Source of the DNA: a virus
Lineage: Duplodnaviria; Caudoviricetes
Virus record (IMG/VR): IMGVR_UViG_3300020460_000012
Reading direction: 5' to 3' (one strand)
DNA: 64,000 bases
The position numbers and the translations under genes were made by a program. Of the stretch, positions 29,427 to 39,577 are shown piece by piece. The notes below the pieces were generated by a model. That model worked only from the letters and a program-made list of their open reading frames with translations. It made no database searches and was not told the origin of the DNA. Each line of letters starts with the position of its first letter. The stretch's first letter is position 1.

Positions 29427-30699
29427 TCTATTAGAAGAACATGACTTGCTTAATCCGAACAATACAGGACTGTATAGCAACTACCCTCTAGGACCTGCTT
29501 GGTTCCCTTTACGAGAAAAAACAAAGCAACAAGAAGGTTGGGACAGCATGTTTATTGATTTAGGTAAAACTTTTTTCAAAGGTGTAAATAATCCTTATGC
29601 TGTATATATGGGTGTGGGAAAAATAGGTTATCTAGAATTACCAAGCACAATACTTGATGTAAAACCTAGGAATAGAATTAGGAAAAAAGGATTAAAAATT
29701 TATTTGCTAGAACCTCTAAGTACTTACAATATCCATGAAACTAATCCTCAGCACATTTATGCAAATTATGAATTAGACGATATTGCAGATATTAGAGCTA
29801 GGGAGTTAGATAGTATTTCTATATTTGCAGAACGTAATGAACTTCCAGATGTAACAGTTTATGCTCCTGATTATAGAATAAATGAATTTTTTGGAATGAC
29901 ATATCCTAACCTAAATTTATATTGTTCACCTGTTGGTTGGATATATCCTGCAACTATGAAAATAGATATAGACATTCCAGAAAAAACTAGTATACGTGCA
30001 AAATTTTGGTGCGGTAATTGGAAGTATGGCGCTCATAGGCATTTAATTGCATCATACCTTGCTGGAAGATTTGATTCTAATGAAATAAATTTAAGTTGGA
30101 TATACAGTTCTAGTCCATCTATGCTAAAAAATAATTTATGGTTTAATTTAAAAAAATTAAAAAAATGGGAAAATCCTATTTTAAATGGTGCTCAAAAATT
30201 AGATTTACTTGCTCCTCAAACAATGGGCGTAAAAATGAAACGTGCATTAGATATTACAGAACAAGCACCGGACTTACACACGAATACAAATCCTAAAAGC
30301 TACTATGACGAAAGTTTTTGTGCTATTGTTAATGAAACAAGGTTTGCTCAAGCTACAGGATTGCTTACAGAAAAAATAATGATGCCTATGCTTAACTGTA
30401 AACCGTTTATTATGGTTGGCCCTCCAGGGAATTTAGAATATATGAAAAGATGGGGATTTGAAACATTTAGTGATTATTGGGACGAAAGCTATGATAAAGA
30501 AGAACAGCATGATAAACGTCTCGCAAAAATTTTAGGATTAATAGACTGGATAGGTTCTAAGAGTATAGAAGAATTACAAGACTTGTATGAAAGAATGTTA
30601 CCAACTTTAATGTTTAATCAAGTTAGAATTTTAGACTTACAAGAACAGTTATTAGCAGAACCTATTACAAAAAACATTTTATTCAAGAGGCTCGGATGA
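29404..30699 (+). CDS. Putative GT-B glycosyltransferase (GT10-like C-terminal motif), 431 aa
   Basis: IVNET...LLTEKIMMP...KPFIMVG...WDESYD. Confidence 0.55.
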   Translation: MRYSHHHNLLEEHDLLNPNNTGLYSNYPLGPAWFPLREKTKQQEGWDSMFIDLGKTFFKGVNNPYAVYMGVGKIGYLELPSTILDVKPRNRIRKKGLKIYLLEPLSTYNIHETNPQHIYANYELDDIADIRARELDSISIFAERNELPDVTVYAPDYRINEFFGMTYPNLNLYCSPVGWIYPATMKIDIDIPEKTSIRAKFWCGNWKYGAHRHLIASYLAGRFDSNEINLSWIYSSSPSMLKNNLWFNLKKLKKWENPILNGAQKLDLLAPQTMGVKMKRALDITEQAPDLHTNTNPKSYYDESFCAIVNETRFAQATGLLTEKIMMPMLNCKPFIMVGPPGNLEYMKRWGFETFSDYWDESYDKEEQHDKRLAKILGLIDWIGSKSIEELQDLYERMLPTLMFNQVRILDLQEQLLAEPITKNILFKRLG

Positions 30700-31292
30700 T
30701 AATAAAAAATGACAAGCCATTAAAAATTATTGGGTATGCTGAAAGCACACTTACACAGGAAAGTTTGTTTTATGGAAAAAGTTTTGTTATAGAAGATACT
30801 AGTCTTATGACTCCGCAAGAATTCAAAGTATTGAAAAACAAAGATGATTTTCAATATTTTATAGGATTTGCTTTAGACTTAAAAGAAAGGGAACAAACTA
30901 TTGATCTTTTAGATGAATACGATAGTGATTGTGTTACATATGTTCATGATAGTGCTATAGTGTTTGACGGAGCAACTATAGGTAAAGGTTCTTGTGTTGC
31001 AAATTTTAGTTCATTAATGGCAGGAGCAACTGTAGGTAATCATTGTTTTATAGAAACTTACTGTTTAGTAAGCCACCAAACTACAATAGGAAATAATTGT
31101 ATGTTACACAGCGGTACAATGATAGCAGGAAAAACAAAAATAGGAAAAAATTGTATGTTTAATTTCAAAAGTGCCGCAATTAACAATATAGAAATATGCG
31201 ATAATGTTACTCTTGGAGCTTTTAGTAGTGCAACTAAAAGTATTACAAAAGAAGGAATCTATGTAGGCACTCCTGCAAGACTTTTAAGATGA
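30696..31292 (+). CDS. Hexapeptide-repeat sugar O/N-acetyltransferase (PglD/NeuD-like), 198 aa
   Basis: Left-handed beta-helix repeats (ATIGKG, ATVGNH, TTIGNN, TKIGKN) and terminal YVGTPAR. Confidence 0.85.
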   Translation: MIIKNDKPLKIIGYAESTLTQESLFYGKSFVIEDTSLMTPQEFKVLKNKDDFQYFIGFALDLKEREQTIDLLDEYDSDCVTYVHDSAIVFDGATIGKGSCVANFSSLMAGATVGNHCFIETYCLVSHQTTIGNNCMLHSGTMIAGKTKIGKNCMFNFKSAAINNIEICDNVTLGAFSSATKSITKEGIYVGTPARLLR

Positions 31293-32023
31293 AAATCCAT
31301 AAAAAGAAAAAATTACTAATTACAAGTGGTTGTAGTTTTAGCGAAACTTCAAATCAAATGCAATCGTGGCCTATTCAATTAAATAGACACTTTCAGAATT
31401 TTGGATTAATATCAAAAGGAATGAGTAGCCAAGGCAACGGATTGATTGCAAGAAGTATAATTTATGAAGTAAGTAAAGCTCTTGAAGATACTCTTCCTCA
31501 GAATATTATTGTAGGTATAGGATGGTCGGGTGCTGATAGGCACGAAGTTTGGGTAGATAATCCAACATGCCAACAATATAATAATACAGATGGTTGGATA
31601 CAAAATCCTACTGGGTTTATTGATGGCACTAAAAGTTGGGAAATATTTAATCATCATTGGACCACAACAAAATCAAAAATTTTTTATAAAAATTTTTATA
31701 CTGAGGTAGGAAAATTAATTGATACTATTGAGAATGTTTTAAGGGTACAATGGTTTTTAGAAAAACATAATATTAAATACTTTATGACTAGAATGTGTGA
31801 TTGGCAAGATAGCCTTGCTGAACATCATGCTGAAATAGGATATTTAGTAAAGCTTATTGATAAAACTAAATTTTTACCAGTAATGGGTATGTATGAATGG
31901 GCCAGGGACGAATCAGGACTTCCTTTAGGCCCAGACGATTACCATCCAACAGTAGCACAACATATAATGTTCACTCAAGAAATTATATTGCCATTTTTGA
32001 AAAAGACGTATGATTTATCTTAA
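31289..32023 (+). CDS. SGNH/GDSL hydrolase-like protein, 244 aa
   Basis: ITSGCSFS, SQGN and C-terminal DDYHP. Confidence 0.6.
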   Translation: MKIHKKKKLLITSGCSFSETSNQMQSWPIQLNRHFQNFGLISKGMSSQGNGLIARSIIYEVSKALEDTLPQNIIVGIGWSGADRHEVWVDNPTCQQYNNTDGWIQNPTGFIDGTKSWEIFNHHWTTTKSKIFYKNFYTEVGKLIDTIENVLRVQWFLEKHNIKYFMTRMCDWQDSLAEHHAEIGYLVKLIDKTKFLPVMGMYEWARDESGLPLGPDDYHPTVAQHIMFTQEIILPFLKKTYDLS

Positions 32024-32981
32024 CATATGGAATGACATACACCCTATAGTGTCAAAACATGGTAATGATTACATGCTTAATAAATTAATTGATTTAAATA
32101 AATCTGATGACATAGGAGTAATGTGTGCAGAAGAAGCAAGTATGCACGATATTCGCCCATTCCTACTTACTGATACTATGTCTAAGTTTAACAGATTATA
32201 TATGGTTCAAGGAGGCTATGATAAAAATTATTATAGTTTTTTAGATAGTTTTAAAAATCTTAAATTTGAAATTTGGCCATATTACTTTTTATATGAAAGT
32301 GTATACCATAATAATTCTGCGAACAACAAGCAACAAATAGACAGATTATTTTTGTGTATGAATTACAAGCCTAGAATACATAGGAAAAAATTATTAGATA
32401 GATTGGCTAAATTTAATTTACTAGATTATAATTATTACACTTGGCATCAACCTAAAGAAAGTAAATTTTACAAACCAGATTTATTTGACGAAGATCAATA
32501 CGAGTGGAAATATTGGAAACCTAAGCAAGTATACTTAGAAGGACAAACCTGGGATCAATATGCGCCACCAATACAAATGTCTAAGTGTGTAATTAATTTA
32601 GTAACTGAATCTTTTTTACATTGCCCTTTTATAACTGAAAAAACATGGAATTCTATTATATCAAAAAAACCTTTTATAATTTTAGGAAATGTAGGTATAC
32701 ACAGACATTTAGAAACACTAGGATTTAAATTACCAACTCAAATAAATTATTCATTTGATAGTGTTGCTGATAACGATTTGCGTATAACAATGATTGTAGA
32801 TGAAATAAACAGACTATCAAAAAAGAATCTACAAGAATTAAGTGAAAGTATGCAAGATGTAGTAGAACACAACTACATGAAAGCAATAGATATCGTTAAA
32901 ACAGAAAAACAGTCTAAGCACGTATATATACATTACAAAAAAATAATAGATAGAGCAAAGGATAAAGCTAATGGGATTTGA
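32010..32981 (+). CDS. Putative GT-B glycosyltransferase (GT10-like C-terminal motif), 323 aa
   Basis: FLCMNYKPRIHR and LVTES...FITEKTW...KPFIILG...YSFD. Confidence 0.55.
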   Translation: MIYLNIWNDIHPIVSKHGNDYMLNKLIDLNKSDDIGVMCAEEASMHDIRPFLLTDTMSKFNRLYMVQGGYDKNYYSFLDSFKNLKFEIWPYYFLYESVYHNNSANNKQQIDRLFLCMNYKPRIHRKKLLDRLAKFNLLDYNYYTWHQPKESKFYKPDLFDEDQYEWKYWKPKQVYLEGQTWDQYAPPIQMSKCVINLVTESFLHCPFITEKTWNSIISKKPFIILGNVGIHRHLETLGFKLPTQINYSFDSVADNDLRITMIVDEINRLSKKNLQELSESMQDVVEHNYMKAIDIVKTEKQSKHVYIHYKKIIDRAKDKANGI

Positions 32982-33570
32982 AATAGTGCAAAGATTTGAG
33001 CAAGATATTGCACAATTTTATGGTGCTCCTTATGCAGTAGCAACAGATTCTTGCACACATGCTATTGAATTATGTTTACGCATTGAACCATTAGCGGCTA
33101 TGGTATGTCCTACCCATACTTACATTAGCGTACCTATGACTTTGCAAAAATTAAAATTGCCTTGGAGTTGGATAGATCAACCCTGGGAAGATTATTATTT
33201 TTTAGGTAATACAAGAATTATAGATGCCGCTGTGTATTGGCAAAAAGATAGTTATATATCTGATTCATTGATGTGTTTAAGTTTCCAATTTCAAAAACAC
33301 CTAAGTCTAGGGAGAGGCGGAGCAATACTATGTGATGATAAATTCACTTATGATGTTCTAAAACGTATGACTTATGATGGTCGTGATCCACATATTCCCT
33401 GGAAAGAACAAGATATTGAACACATAGGCTATCATTACTATATGACACCCGAAACTGCCCAACTAGGCTTAGATAGTCTTCCTGATGCAGAAATACGTAA
33501 GCCAAAAAAATGGACATCTGCAGATTATCCTGATCTCAGGAACATGACTGTTTTTCAAAATCTTAGATAA
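32971..33570 (+). CDS. Miniature DegT/DnrJ/EryC1/StrS-family PLP aminotransferase, 199 aa
   Basis: FEQDIAQFYGAPYAVATDSCTHA, IIDAA (PLP Asp), SFQFQKHL...GRGGAI (PLP Lys) and GYHYYM. Confidence 0.8.
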   Translation: MGFEIVQRFEQDIAQFYGAPYAVATDSCTHAIELCLRIEPLAAMVCPTHTYISVPMTLQKLKLPWSWIDQPWEDYYFLGNTRIIDAAVYWQKDSYISDSLMCLSFQFQKHLSLGRGGAILCDDKFTYDVLKRMTYDGRDPHIPWKEQDIEHIGYHYYMTPETAQLGLDSLPDAEIRKPKKWTSADYPDLRNMTVFQNLR

Positions 33571-33604
33571 TTATATATGTACTTAATAATTGAAGGAGAT
33601 ATGT

Positions 33605-34417
33605 GTGAAGTATGACAGGATATTTGCTTTCGGATGTAGTTATACAAGGTTTCCGTGGCCTACATGGGCAGATATAATTGCATATGATTTAGACATACCT
33701 TTCGAAAATTGGGCTAATGCAGGTCACGGCAATGTTTCTATTGCTCATCATATGTTAGAGTGTAACTTGCTAAAAAAGTTTACACCTAAAGATTTAATTC
33801 TTGTATGTTGGTCTACTTGGAATAGAGAAGATAGATTAATGCACGACGGTTGGCATGCAGGAGGGAATATTTTAAACAATAATTTTTATGGAAGTAAATG
33901 GCTTAAAAAATATTGGTCAGAGTATAATGACACAGCAAAAAATTGTTATGCAATTATTAGTGCAAACAAGATGCATAATATATCACATCAAAGTCATATA
34001 GCAGACTATGCAAATACTCCGTTAGATCAAGGCCCTGCATTGTCTTACAGTTTTAATACACCAAGATACATGGAATACGGATTAGATGTATTAGAAAAAG
34101 AGTTGCCTCAAAAAATTCTTTTTGATAATTTTAATAATAGTAAATTTGAAGGACAACTTACCGATCAGCATCCGGATATAAAAAGTCATTTAAATCATGC
34201 GTATTTGGTTTTAGATATGCTAGGAATAAACATGAAAGAAACAACTAAAAAAGGTTACACAAAATTACATAATGATGTTGTAAATAGTCTTAGAATGAAA
34301 TATGGAGGCACCCGTTTATCAGATTGGGCAAGGATAAAGGAATTTATGGTATCTTATAATTGGGGACATTTTATGAAAAGCAGAGATATTAATAGAAAGG
34401 TTGGTGAAGCACAATGA
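33605..34417 (+). CDS. SGNH/GDSL hydrolase-like protein
   Basis: GTG start 6 nt after AGGAG (the track uses TTG at 33590). FAFGCSYT, GHGN and late DQHP. Confidence 0.6.
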   Translation: MKYDRIFAFGCSYTRFPWPTWADIIAYDLDIPFENWANAGHGNVSIAHHMLECNLLKKFTPKDLILVCWSTWNREDRLMHDGWHAGGNILNNNFYGSKWLKKYWSEYNDTAKNCYAIISANKMHNISHQSHIADYANTPLDQGPALSYSFNTPRYMEYGLDVLEKELPQKILFDNFNNSKFEGQLTDQHPDIKSHLNHAYLVLDMLGINMKETTKKGYTKLHNDVVNSLRMKYGGTRLSDWARIKEFMVSYNWGHFMKSRDINRKVGEAQ

Positions 34418-35637
34418 AAATAGGTTTTATTGGTACAGGAAAATTAGGTATGCCTTGTGCAGAAGCTATAGCAGAAAAAGGACATGATGTTAGAGGCTAC
34501 GATGTAATTAATCATCAAAGCAAAACTGTTTTAATGTGCAGTGACATTTATACTTGTGTAAATGATAGAGATATTGTGTTTATTGCAGTGCCTACTCCTC
34601 ATGATCCTGCATACGATGGTCGTAAACCAACTGCACATCTTGAACCTAAAGATTTTAGCTATGATATTGTTATACAATGTTTAAAAGAAGCTAATAAGCA
34701 TATGAATAAAGAACAATTACTTGTGCTTATTAGCACAGTATTACCTGGCACCACACGTAGAGAATTTGCACACTTAGTCACTAATACTAGATTTGTGTAC
34801 AATCCTTATTTAATTGCAATGGGAAGCGTTGCCTGGGATATGGTTAACCCGGAAATGGTAATGATAGGTACCGAAGATGGAACCAAAACAGGTGATGCAC
34901 AAGAACTTGTAGAGTTTTATGAAACTGTTATGGAAAACAATCCACGCTACGAAGTTGGTACTTGGGACGAATGCGAGTGTATTAAGGTTTTTTATAACAC
35001 TTTTATAAGTGCTAAGATAGGACTTGTAAATATGATTCAAGATGTAGCTGAAAAACAAGGTAACATAAATGTTGATGTTGTTACTAATGCTCTTGCACAT
35101 AGCGATAAGCGTATAATGGGTCCACAGTATATGACAGCTGGTATGGGAGACGGCGGCGCATGTCATCCTAGAGATAATATCGCCTTACGCTATATGGCAC
35201 AAGAACTAGGATTAGGATATGATTTGTTTGACAGCATTATGCATGCAAGAGAAATACAAGCAGAAAATCTTGCCAAACGTTTAGTTGAAGAAGCTAAGGA
35301 AACAGACTTGCCTATTTTAATTCATGGAGCGGCGTACAAACCAGATGTACCTTATCAAGATGGTAGTTATAGTCTATTAGTTGGACATTATTGTGAGCAA
35401 ATGGGATATCATCCAATTTATGTTGATCCATATACACACCCTCAAAAAGGACCATTTAAAGCTGTAGCTTTGTTGGCACACAGTAGTGATGTTACATACA
35501 AGTATATGGGTAAAAAGCACAAACAAGAATTATATTGTTACTTAGAACCAGGTAGTATAATTGTTGATCCGTGGAGAACATTTGATAAAAGACAAAACGA
35601 ATTTAAGGTAGTATACTACGGGGATACAAGAAAGTAA
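34414..35637 (+). CDS. UDP-glucose/GDP-mannose 6-dehydrogenase family protein, 407 aa
   Basis: Rossmann motif IGTGKLG, FIAVPTP, STVLPG, YNP, ECIKVFYN (catalytic Lys) and GGACHPRD (catalytic Cys). Confidence 0.9.
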   Translation: MKIGFIGTGKLGMPCAEAIAEKGHDVRGYDVINHQSKTVLMCSDIYTCVNDRDIVFIAVPTPHDPAYDGRKPTAHLEPKDFSYDIVIQCLKEANKHMNKEQLLVLISTVLPGTTRREFAHLVTNTRFVYNPYLIAMGSVAWDMVNPEMVMIGTEDGTKTGDAQELVEFYETVMENNPRYEVGTWDECECIKVFYNTFISAKIGLVNMIQDVAEKQGNINVDVVTNALAHSDKRIMGPQYMTAGMGDGGACHPRDNIALRYMAQELGLGYDLFDSIMHAREIQAENLAKRLVEEAKETDLPILIHGAAYKPDVPYQDGSYSLLVGHYCEQMGYHPIYVDPYTHPQKGPFKAVALLAHSSDVTYKYMGKKHKQELYCYLEPGSIIVDPWRTFDKRQNEFKVVYYGDTRK

Positions 35638-36317
35638 TGTACGACATAGTTTTTATTTCATATCAAGAGCCTAATGCAGATGAAAATTATGGTAAACTAA
35701 AAGAACGTTTTCCATTAGCAAAACGTTTACATGGTGTAAAAGGAATTCATCAAGCCCATATTGCCGCGGCAAAAAAATGTTTTACAAAAATGTTTTGGAT
35801 TGTAGACGGCGATGCAATTATAGAAAATAATTTTAATTTTGATCACGAAGTTCCTTGGCACCAGTTAGATCATGTTCATGTTTGGCGTGCAAAAAATTCA
35901 GTAAATGGATTAATATATGGATATGGAGGAGTAAAATTATTTCCTAGACAAATGACTATTGACATGGATTTATCTAAGCCAGATATGACAACAAGTATAA
36001 GTGGAAAATTTAAAGCTATACAAGAGATAGCAAACACAACTGTATTTAATACTGATCCTTTTAATACATGGAAAAGTGCTTTTAGAGAATGTTGTAAATT
36101 AAGTAGTAAAGTTATTGATAAACAAAAAGATATAGAAACAGATAAAAGATTACACACTTGGTGTACAAGAGGAAAAACAAAACCATTTGGAGAATATGCA
36201 ATACAAGGTGCCTTAGCAGGTAAGGCATACGGTGAAGAGAACAGAACTATGCCAGAAAATTTACGTAAAATTAATGACTTTGATTGGTTATTGGAGAAAT
36301 TTAATGGAAACACATGA
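35637..36317 (+). CDS. Glycosyltransferase-like protein, 226 aa (paralogue of 23676)
   Basis: YDIVFISYQEPNA...IVDGDA...YGYGGVKLFP...WKSAFRE. Confidence 0.55.
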   Translation: MYDIVFISYQEPNADENYGKLKERFPLAKRLHGVKGIHQAHIAAAKKCFTKMFWIVDGDAIIENNFNFDHEVPWHQLDHVHVWRAKNSVNGLIYGYGGVKLFPRQMTIDMDLSKPDMTTSISGKFKAIQEIANTTVFNTDPFNTWKSAFRECCKLSSKVIDKQKDIETDKRLHTWCTRGKTKPFGEYAIQGALAGKAYGEENRTMPENLRKINDFDWLLEKFNGNT

Positions 36318-37065
36318 GCTATTAGATAGATTAGCATTGCTGTACCCGGATAATGATCTTTTAAGAGATTTGCGTAGGGCTTTTGTTGATGACGATAGAA
36401 ATAGTTTACATAGAATTATTAGAAGTATTAATGATACAGAATTAACAAATAGTATCAGGTTACTTGATAACGACATGTCATTTGTTACAGACTCTTTGTC
36501 TCGTGGACAAATCAAAAGTAAAATGTGGATTATAAATGAGCTGAAAAAATTAAATTTAGATTTAGGCACAGTATTTCTTTGTGCAGGTTGGTACGGAATA
36601 CTTGCAACTTTAATTTTTGAAAACAATTTAAAAGTAAACAAAATAAGAAGTTTTGATATAGATAAATCTGTGTTAGACATTGCAGAACGCTTTAATAAAA
36701 AGTGGGTGCAAGATGATTGGAAATTTAAGCCAGCTACTTATGATATACATAAGATAGACTACACTGGATTTGCGTATGATGTAAGTAGATCAAACGGAGA
36801 GATAGTAGAGCTATATGACTCTCCAGATACAGTAATTAATACTTCATGTGAACATATATTTGACTTTGATGAATGGTACTTAAAAATACCTAAAGGAAAG
36901 TTATTAATACTTCAATCAAATGACTTTTTTGAAGGTACAGGTCATGTAAACTGTTGTGAAGTTTTGGAAGACTTTGAAGAACAAACTCCTTTTGAGGATA
37001 CCTTATATTCAGGAACACTTGATTTAAAAATGTATACAAGGTTTATGCGTATCGGATACAAGTAA
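36304..37065 (+). CDS. Class I SAM-dependent methyltransferase-like protein
   Basis: ATG at 36304 is preferred. VFLCAGWYG resembles motif I; also IRSFDID and VINTSCEH. Confidence 0.6.
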   Translation: METHELLDRLALLYPDNDLLRDLRRAFVDDDRNSLHRIIRSINDTELTNSIRLLDNDMSFVTDSLSRGQIKSKMWIINELKKLNLDLGTVFLCAGWYGILATLIFENNLKVNKIRSFDIDKSVLDIAERFNKKWVQDDWKFKPATYDIHKIDYTGFAYDVSRSNGEIVELYDSPDTVINTSCEHIFDFDEWYLKIPKGKLLILQSNDFFEGTGHVNCCEVLEDFEEQTPFEDTLYSGTLDLKMYTRFMRIGYK

Positions 37066-38330
37066 TGGATAACGCTACTACTAAAAAAGTACTGGACAAA
37101 ATTAGTCCGAGCTTTTGTATAGCAAAATGGGCAAGAACAAATGTGAGGACCTATGAAGGTACTTCATATAGTTGTCATCATTGTAGGCCTATAATTACTC
37201 CTAAAGAAAATGTTGTTAATGATCACGAAACACTTACCAACAATGACAAAGTTAAAGATTATAGACAACAAATGTTAGATGGTGAACGGCCTGAAGAATG
37301 TAATTACTGTTGGACAAGGGAGGATCAGGGGTTTGTAAGTGATCGTATTTTGAAAAGTGCCAAGTTCATTACTGAACATAAAATGAATCCCTTTACAGTA
37401 GCAGAAAAATTAACACATGACCCTGTACATTTAGATATTGCATTTGACAGAACATGTAACTTTAAATGCTCCTACTGCGGCCCGCAAAATAGTAGCTTGT
37501 GGGCAGAAGAAATATCTCAATATGGAGACATAGAAGGATTACCTAGTTTTGTAAATAGAGAACAAATTTTAAACAAGGATGAAAATCCTTATAATGACGC
37601 ATTTTGGAAATGGTGGGACAGTGGGTTAAAAAACAGCCTAAGACATTTAACTATTACTGGAGGCGAACCTTTGCTTTCTAAACAATTTTGGAAAGTATTA
37701 GATAGAGTTGAGGAAGAAAAATTAGATATCACCGTTATGGTAAACACTAATTTATGTCCACCAGTCAAACTATTCAATAAATTTATGGATAGAGTAAAAA
37801 ATTTTAATCAAGATAAATTGATAGTCTCTACAAGCATTGAGTCTACAGGACAACGTGCAGAGTATAGTAGATATGGACTAAATTATGATATGTTTATGGA
37901 AAATTTTAAAACTATTTTAGATAATACTAAAATGAGAACAGCAGTAAATCTTACTAACAATGCTTTAAGTTTTACTTCTATGACAGATATAGTTGAAGAA
38001 ATTACAAAATTTAAAGCTAAATATGGTGCAAGGAGAATTATCTTACATAGTAATGATGTGACCTATCCTAAATATCTTAATTTAAGATTACTTCCTGAAA
38101 GTATTAAAAAACAAGAAGTAGCAAAGTTTAAAAAATTTATGAAATCAAATTTAGATCAATTTACAGAAATTGAAAAATTAAAATTTGCAAGAACACTTGA
38201 TGTTGCTTTAGTTGAAGAACCAGAAAAAGAAATGTATAGAGATCAATTTTTTAAATTTATTAAAGAATATGATAAAAGAAGAAACTTGAATTTTCAAGAT
38301 ACATTTCCAGAGTTGGCTAGGGTTATATAA
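37065..38330 (+). CDS. Radical SAM enzyme with N-terminal twitch-like cluster, 421 aa
   Basis: CNFKCSYC and GGEP. N-terminal CIAKW...SCHH...CNYCW. Confidence 0.85.
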   Translation: MDNATTKKVLDKISPSFCIAKWARTNVRTYEGTSYSCHHCRPIITPKENVVNDHETLTNNDKVKDYRQQMLDGERPEECNYCWTREDQGFVSDRILKSAKFITEHKMNPFTVAEKLTHDPVHLDIAFDRTCNFKCSYCGPQNSSLWAEEISQYGDIEGLPSFVNREQILNKDENPYNDAFWKWWDSGLKNSLRHLTITGGEPLLSKQFWKVLDRVEEEKLDITVMVNTNLCPPVKLFNKFMDRVKNFNQDKLIVSTSIESTGQRAEYSRYGLNYDMFMENFKTILDNTKMRTAVNLTNNALSFTSMTDIVEEITKFKAKYGARRIILHSNDVTYPKYLNLRLLPESIKKQEVAKFKKFMKSNLDQFTEIEKLKFARTLDVALVEEPEKEMYRDQFFKFIKEYDKRRNLNFQDTFPELARVI

Positions 38331-39577
38331 TGTCTAAAACTAAAACACCATGGTGCATAGATCCATTTATACAAATGGCGCATACTGCTGATGGATTTTT
38401 TAGAGTATGCTGTATTGGCGAAGTAAAAAGAGAACGCAAAGATCTTAATACTAAGGCGATGACGCCTTTAGAATATTGGAATAGTGATGTAAGTAAACAA
38501 ATACGTAATGACATGTTTAAACCTATAGAGGAGTTTAGCGATACTACAAAATTTGCTTGCAGTCAATGTTTAAAAAATAATAGAGATGGTGTACGTAGTC
38601 GTAGACAAACAGAAAATACAAGGTACCGAGATAGTAAAAAAGCAAAAATAAATGTTATTAAGCATCTAAAAAATATTGATTACACTTATGAAGATTTACT
38701 TTATGTAAATTTTAAAGTTTTAGGAAACATATGTAACTTAAAATGTGTTATGTGTAGTGCTAATGCAAGTAGTAAAATTGCCGCTGAAGCAAAACAACAT
38801 TATGGATTTCCAAAAGGGTGGAGTGCAGGCGATAAAGCTGAGTTAGAACCTTTTACTCCTGATACACGTAATGACTATTTTACAGAATTACAAAAAATAA
38901 TCGACAGTATTCCTAAATTTAATCTTGTTGGCGGTGAAAACTTAATTCATCCAGACTTTCCTCGTTTATTCCAGATGTTTATAGACAGTCCAAATGTTGG
39001 CAATATAGATATGCTTATAATAACTAACGGTACAATAGTACCAGACATTGTTCAAGATAATGCACATTTGTTTAAAAGTATGACTATACTAATAAGTATG
39101 GACGGCGTATTTGAAAGAGGTTCTTATGTAAGATCTGGACTAAATTGGAAAAAGTTTGATACTAATGTAAGGAAGTTTGCAAATAATAAAGATGTGTTTT
39201 TACGATTAGTGCCAGCAATACAAATGCTAAATGTTGGATACGTAAAAGAGATGCATAATTGGATAGAGTCTGTAGGATTAGACCCTAAGATGGCTATAGA
39301 TTGGAATAATGTTGTTACATATCCTGAAACATTACGTGCAGTTAATTTACCACGCGAAATAAAACAACAGTATATGCGTAGAATGGTAGGACCTGACGTA
39401 ACTCATCCTTCAATAAGAGTTGTATTCAATATACTTAAACAGCCTCAATATAGTCATAAAGAGTTCATCGAAGGACTTAAATACTTAAGAAAGCTTGACA
39501 AAATTAGGAACACCAATTTATTAGATCATTTTCCTGAATTTGAGAAGTACATAGGAGAATTAGATGATAACAGATAA
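38330..39577 (+). CDS. Radical SAM enzyme with N-terminal twitch/SPASM-like cluster, 415 aa
   Basis: CNLKCVMC and GGE. N-terminal WCIDPF...G...VCC...CSQC. Confidence 0.85.
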   Translation: MSKTKTPWCIDPFIQMAHTADGFFRVCCIGEVKRERKDLNTKAMTPLEYWNSDVSKQIRNDMFKPIEEFSDTTKFACSQCLKNNRDGVRSRRQTENTRYRDSKKAKINVIKHLKNIDYTYEDLLYVNFKVLGNICNLKCVMCSANASSKIAAEAKQHYGFPKGWSAGDKAELEPFTPDTRNDYFTELQKIIDSIPKFNLVGGENLIHPDFPRLFQMFIDSPNVGNIDMLIITNGTIVPDIVQDNAHLFKSMTILISMDGVFERGSYVRSGLNWKKFDTNVRKFANNKDVFLRLVPAIQMLNVGYVKEMHNWIESVGLDPKMAIDWNNVVTYPETLRAVNLPREIKQQYMRRMVGPDVTHPSIRVVFNILKQPQYSHKEFIEGLKYLRKLDKIRNTNLLDHFPEFEKYIGELDDNR

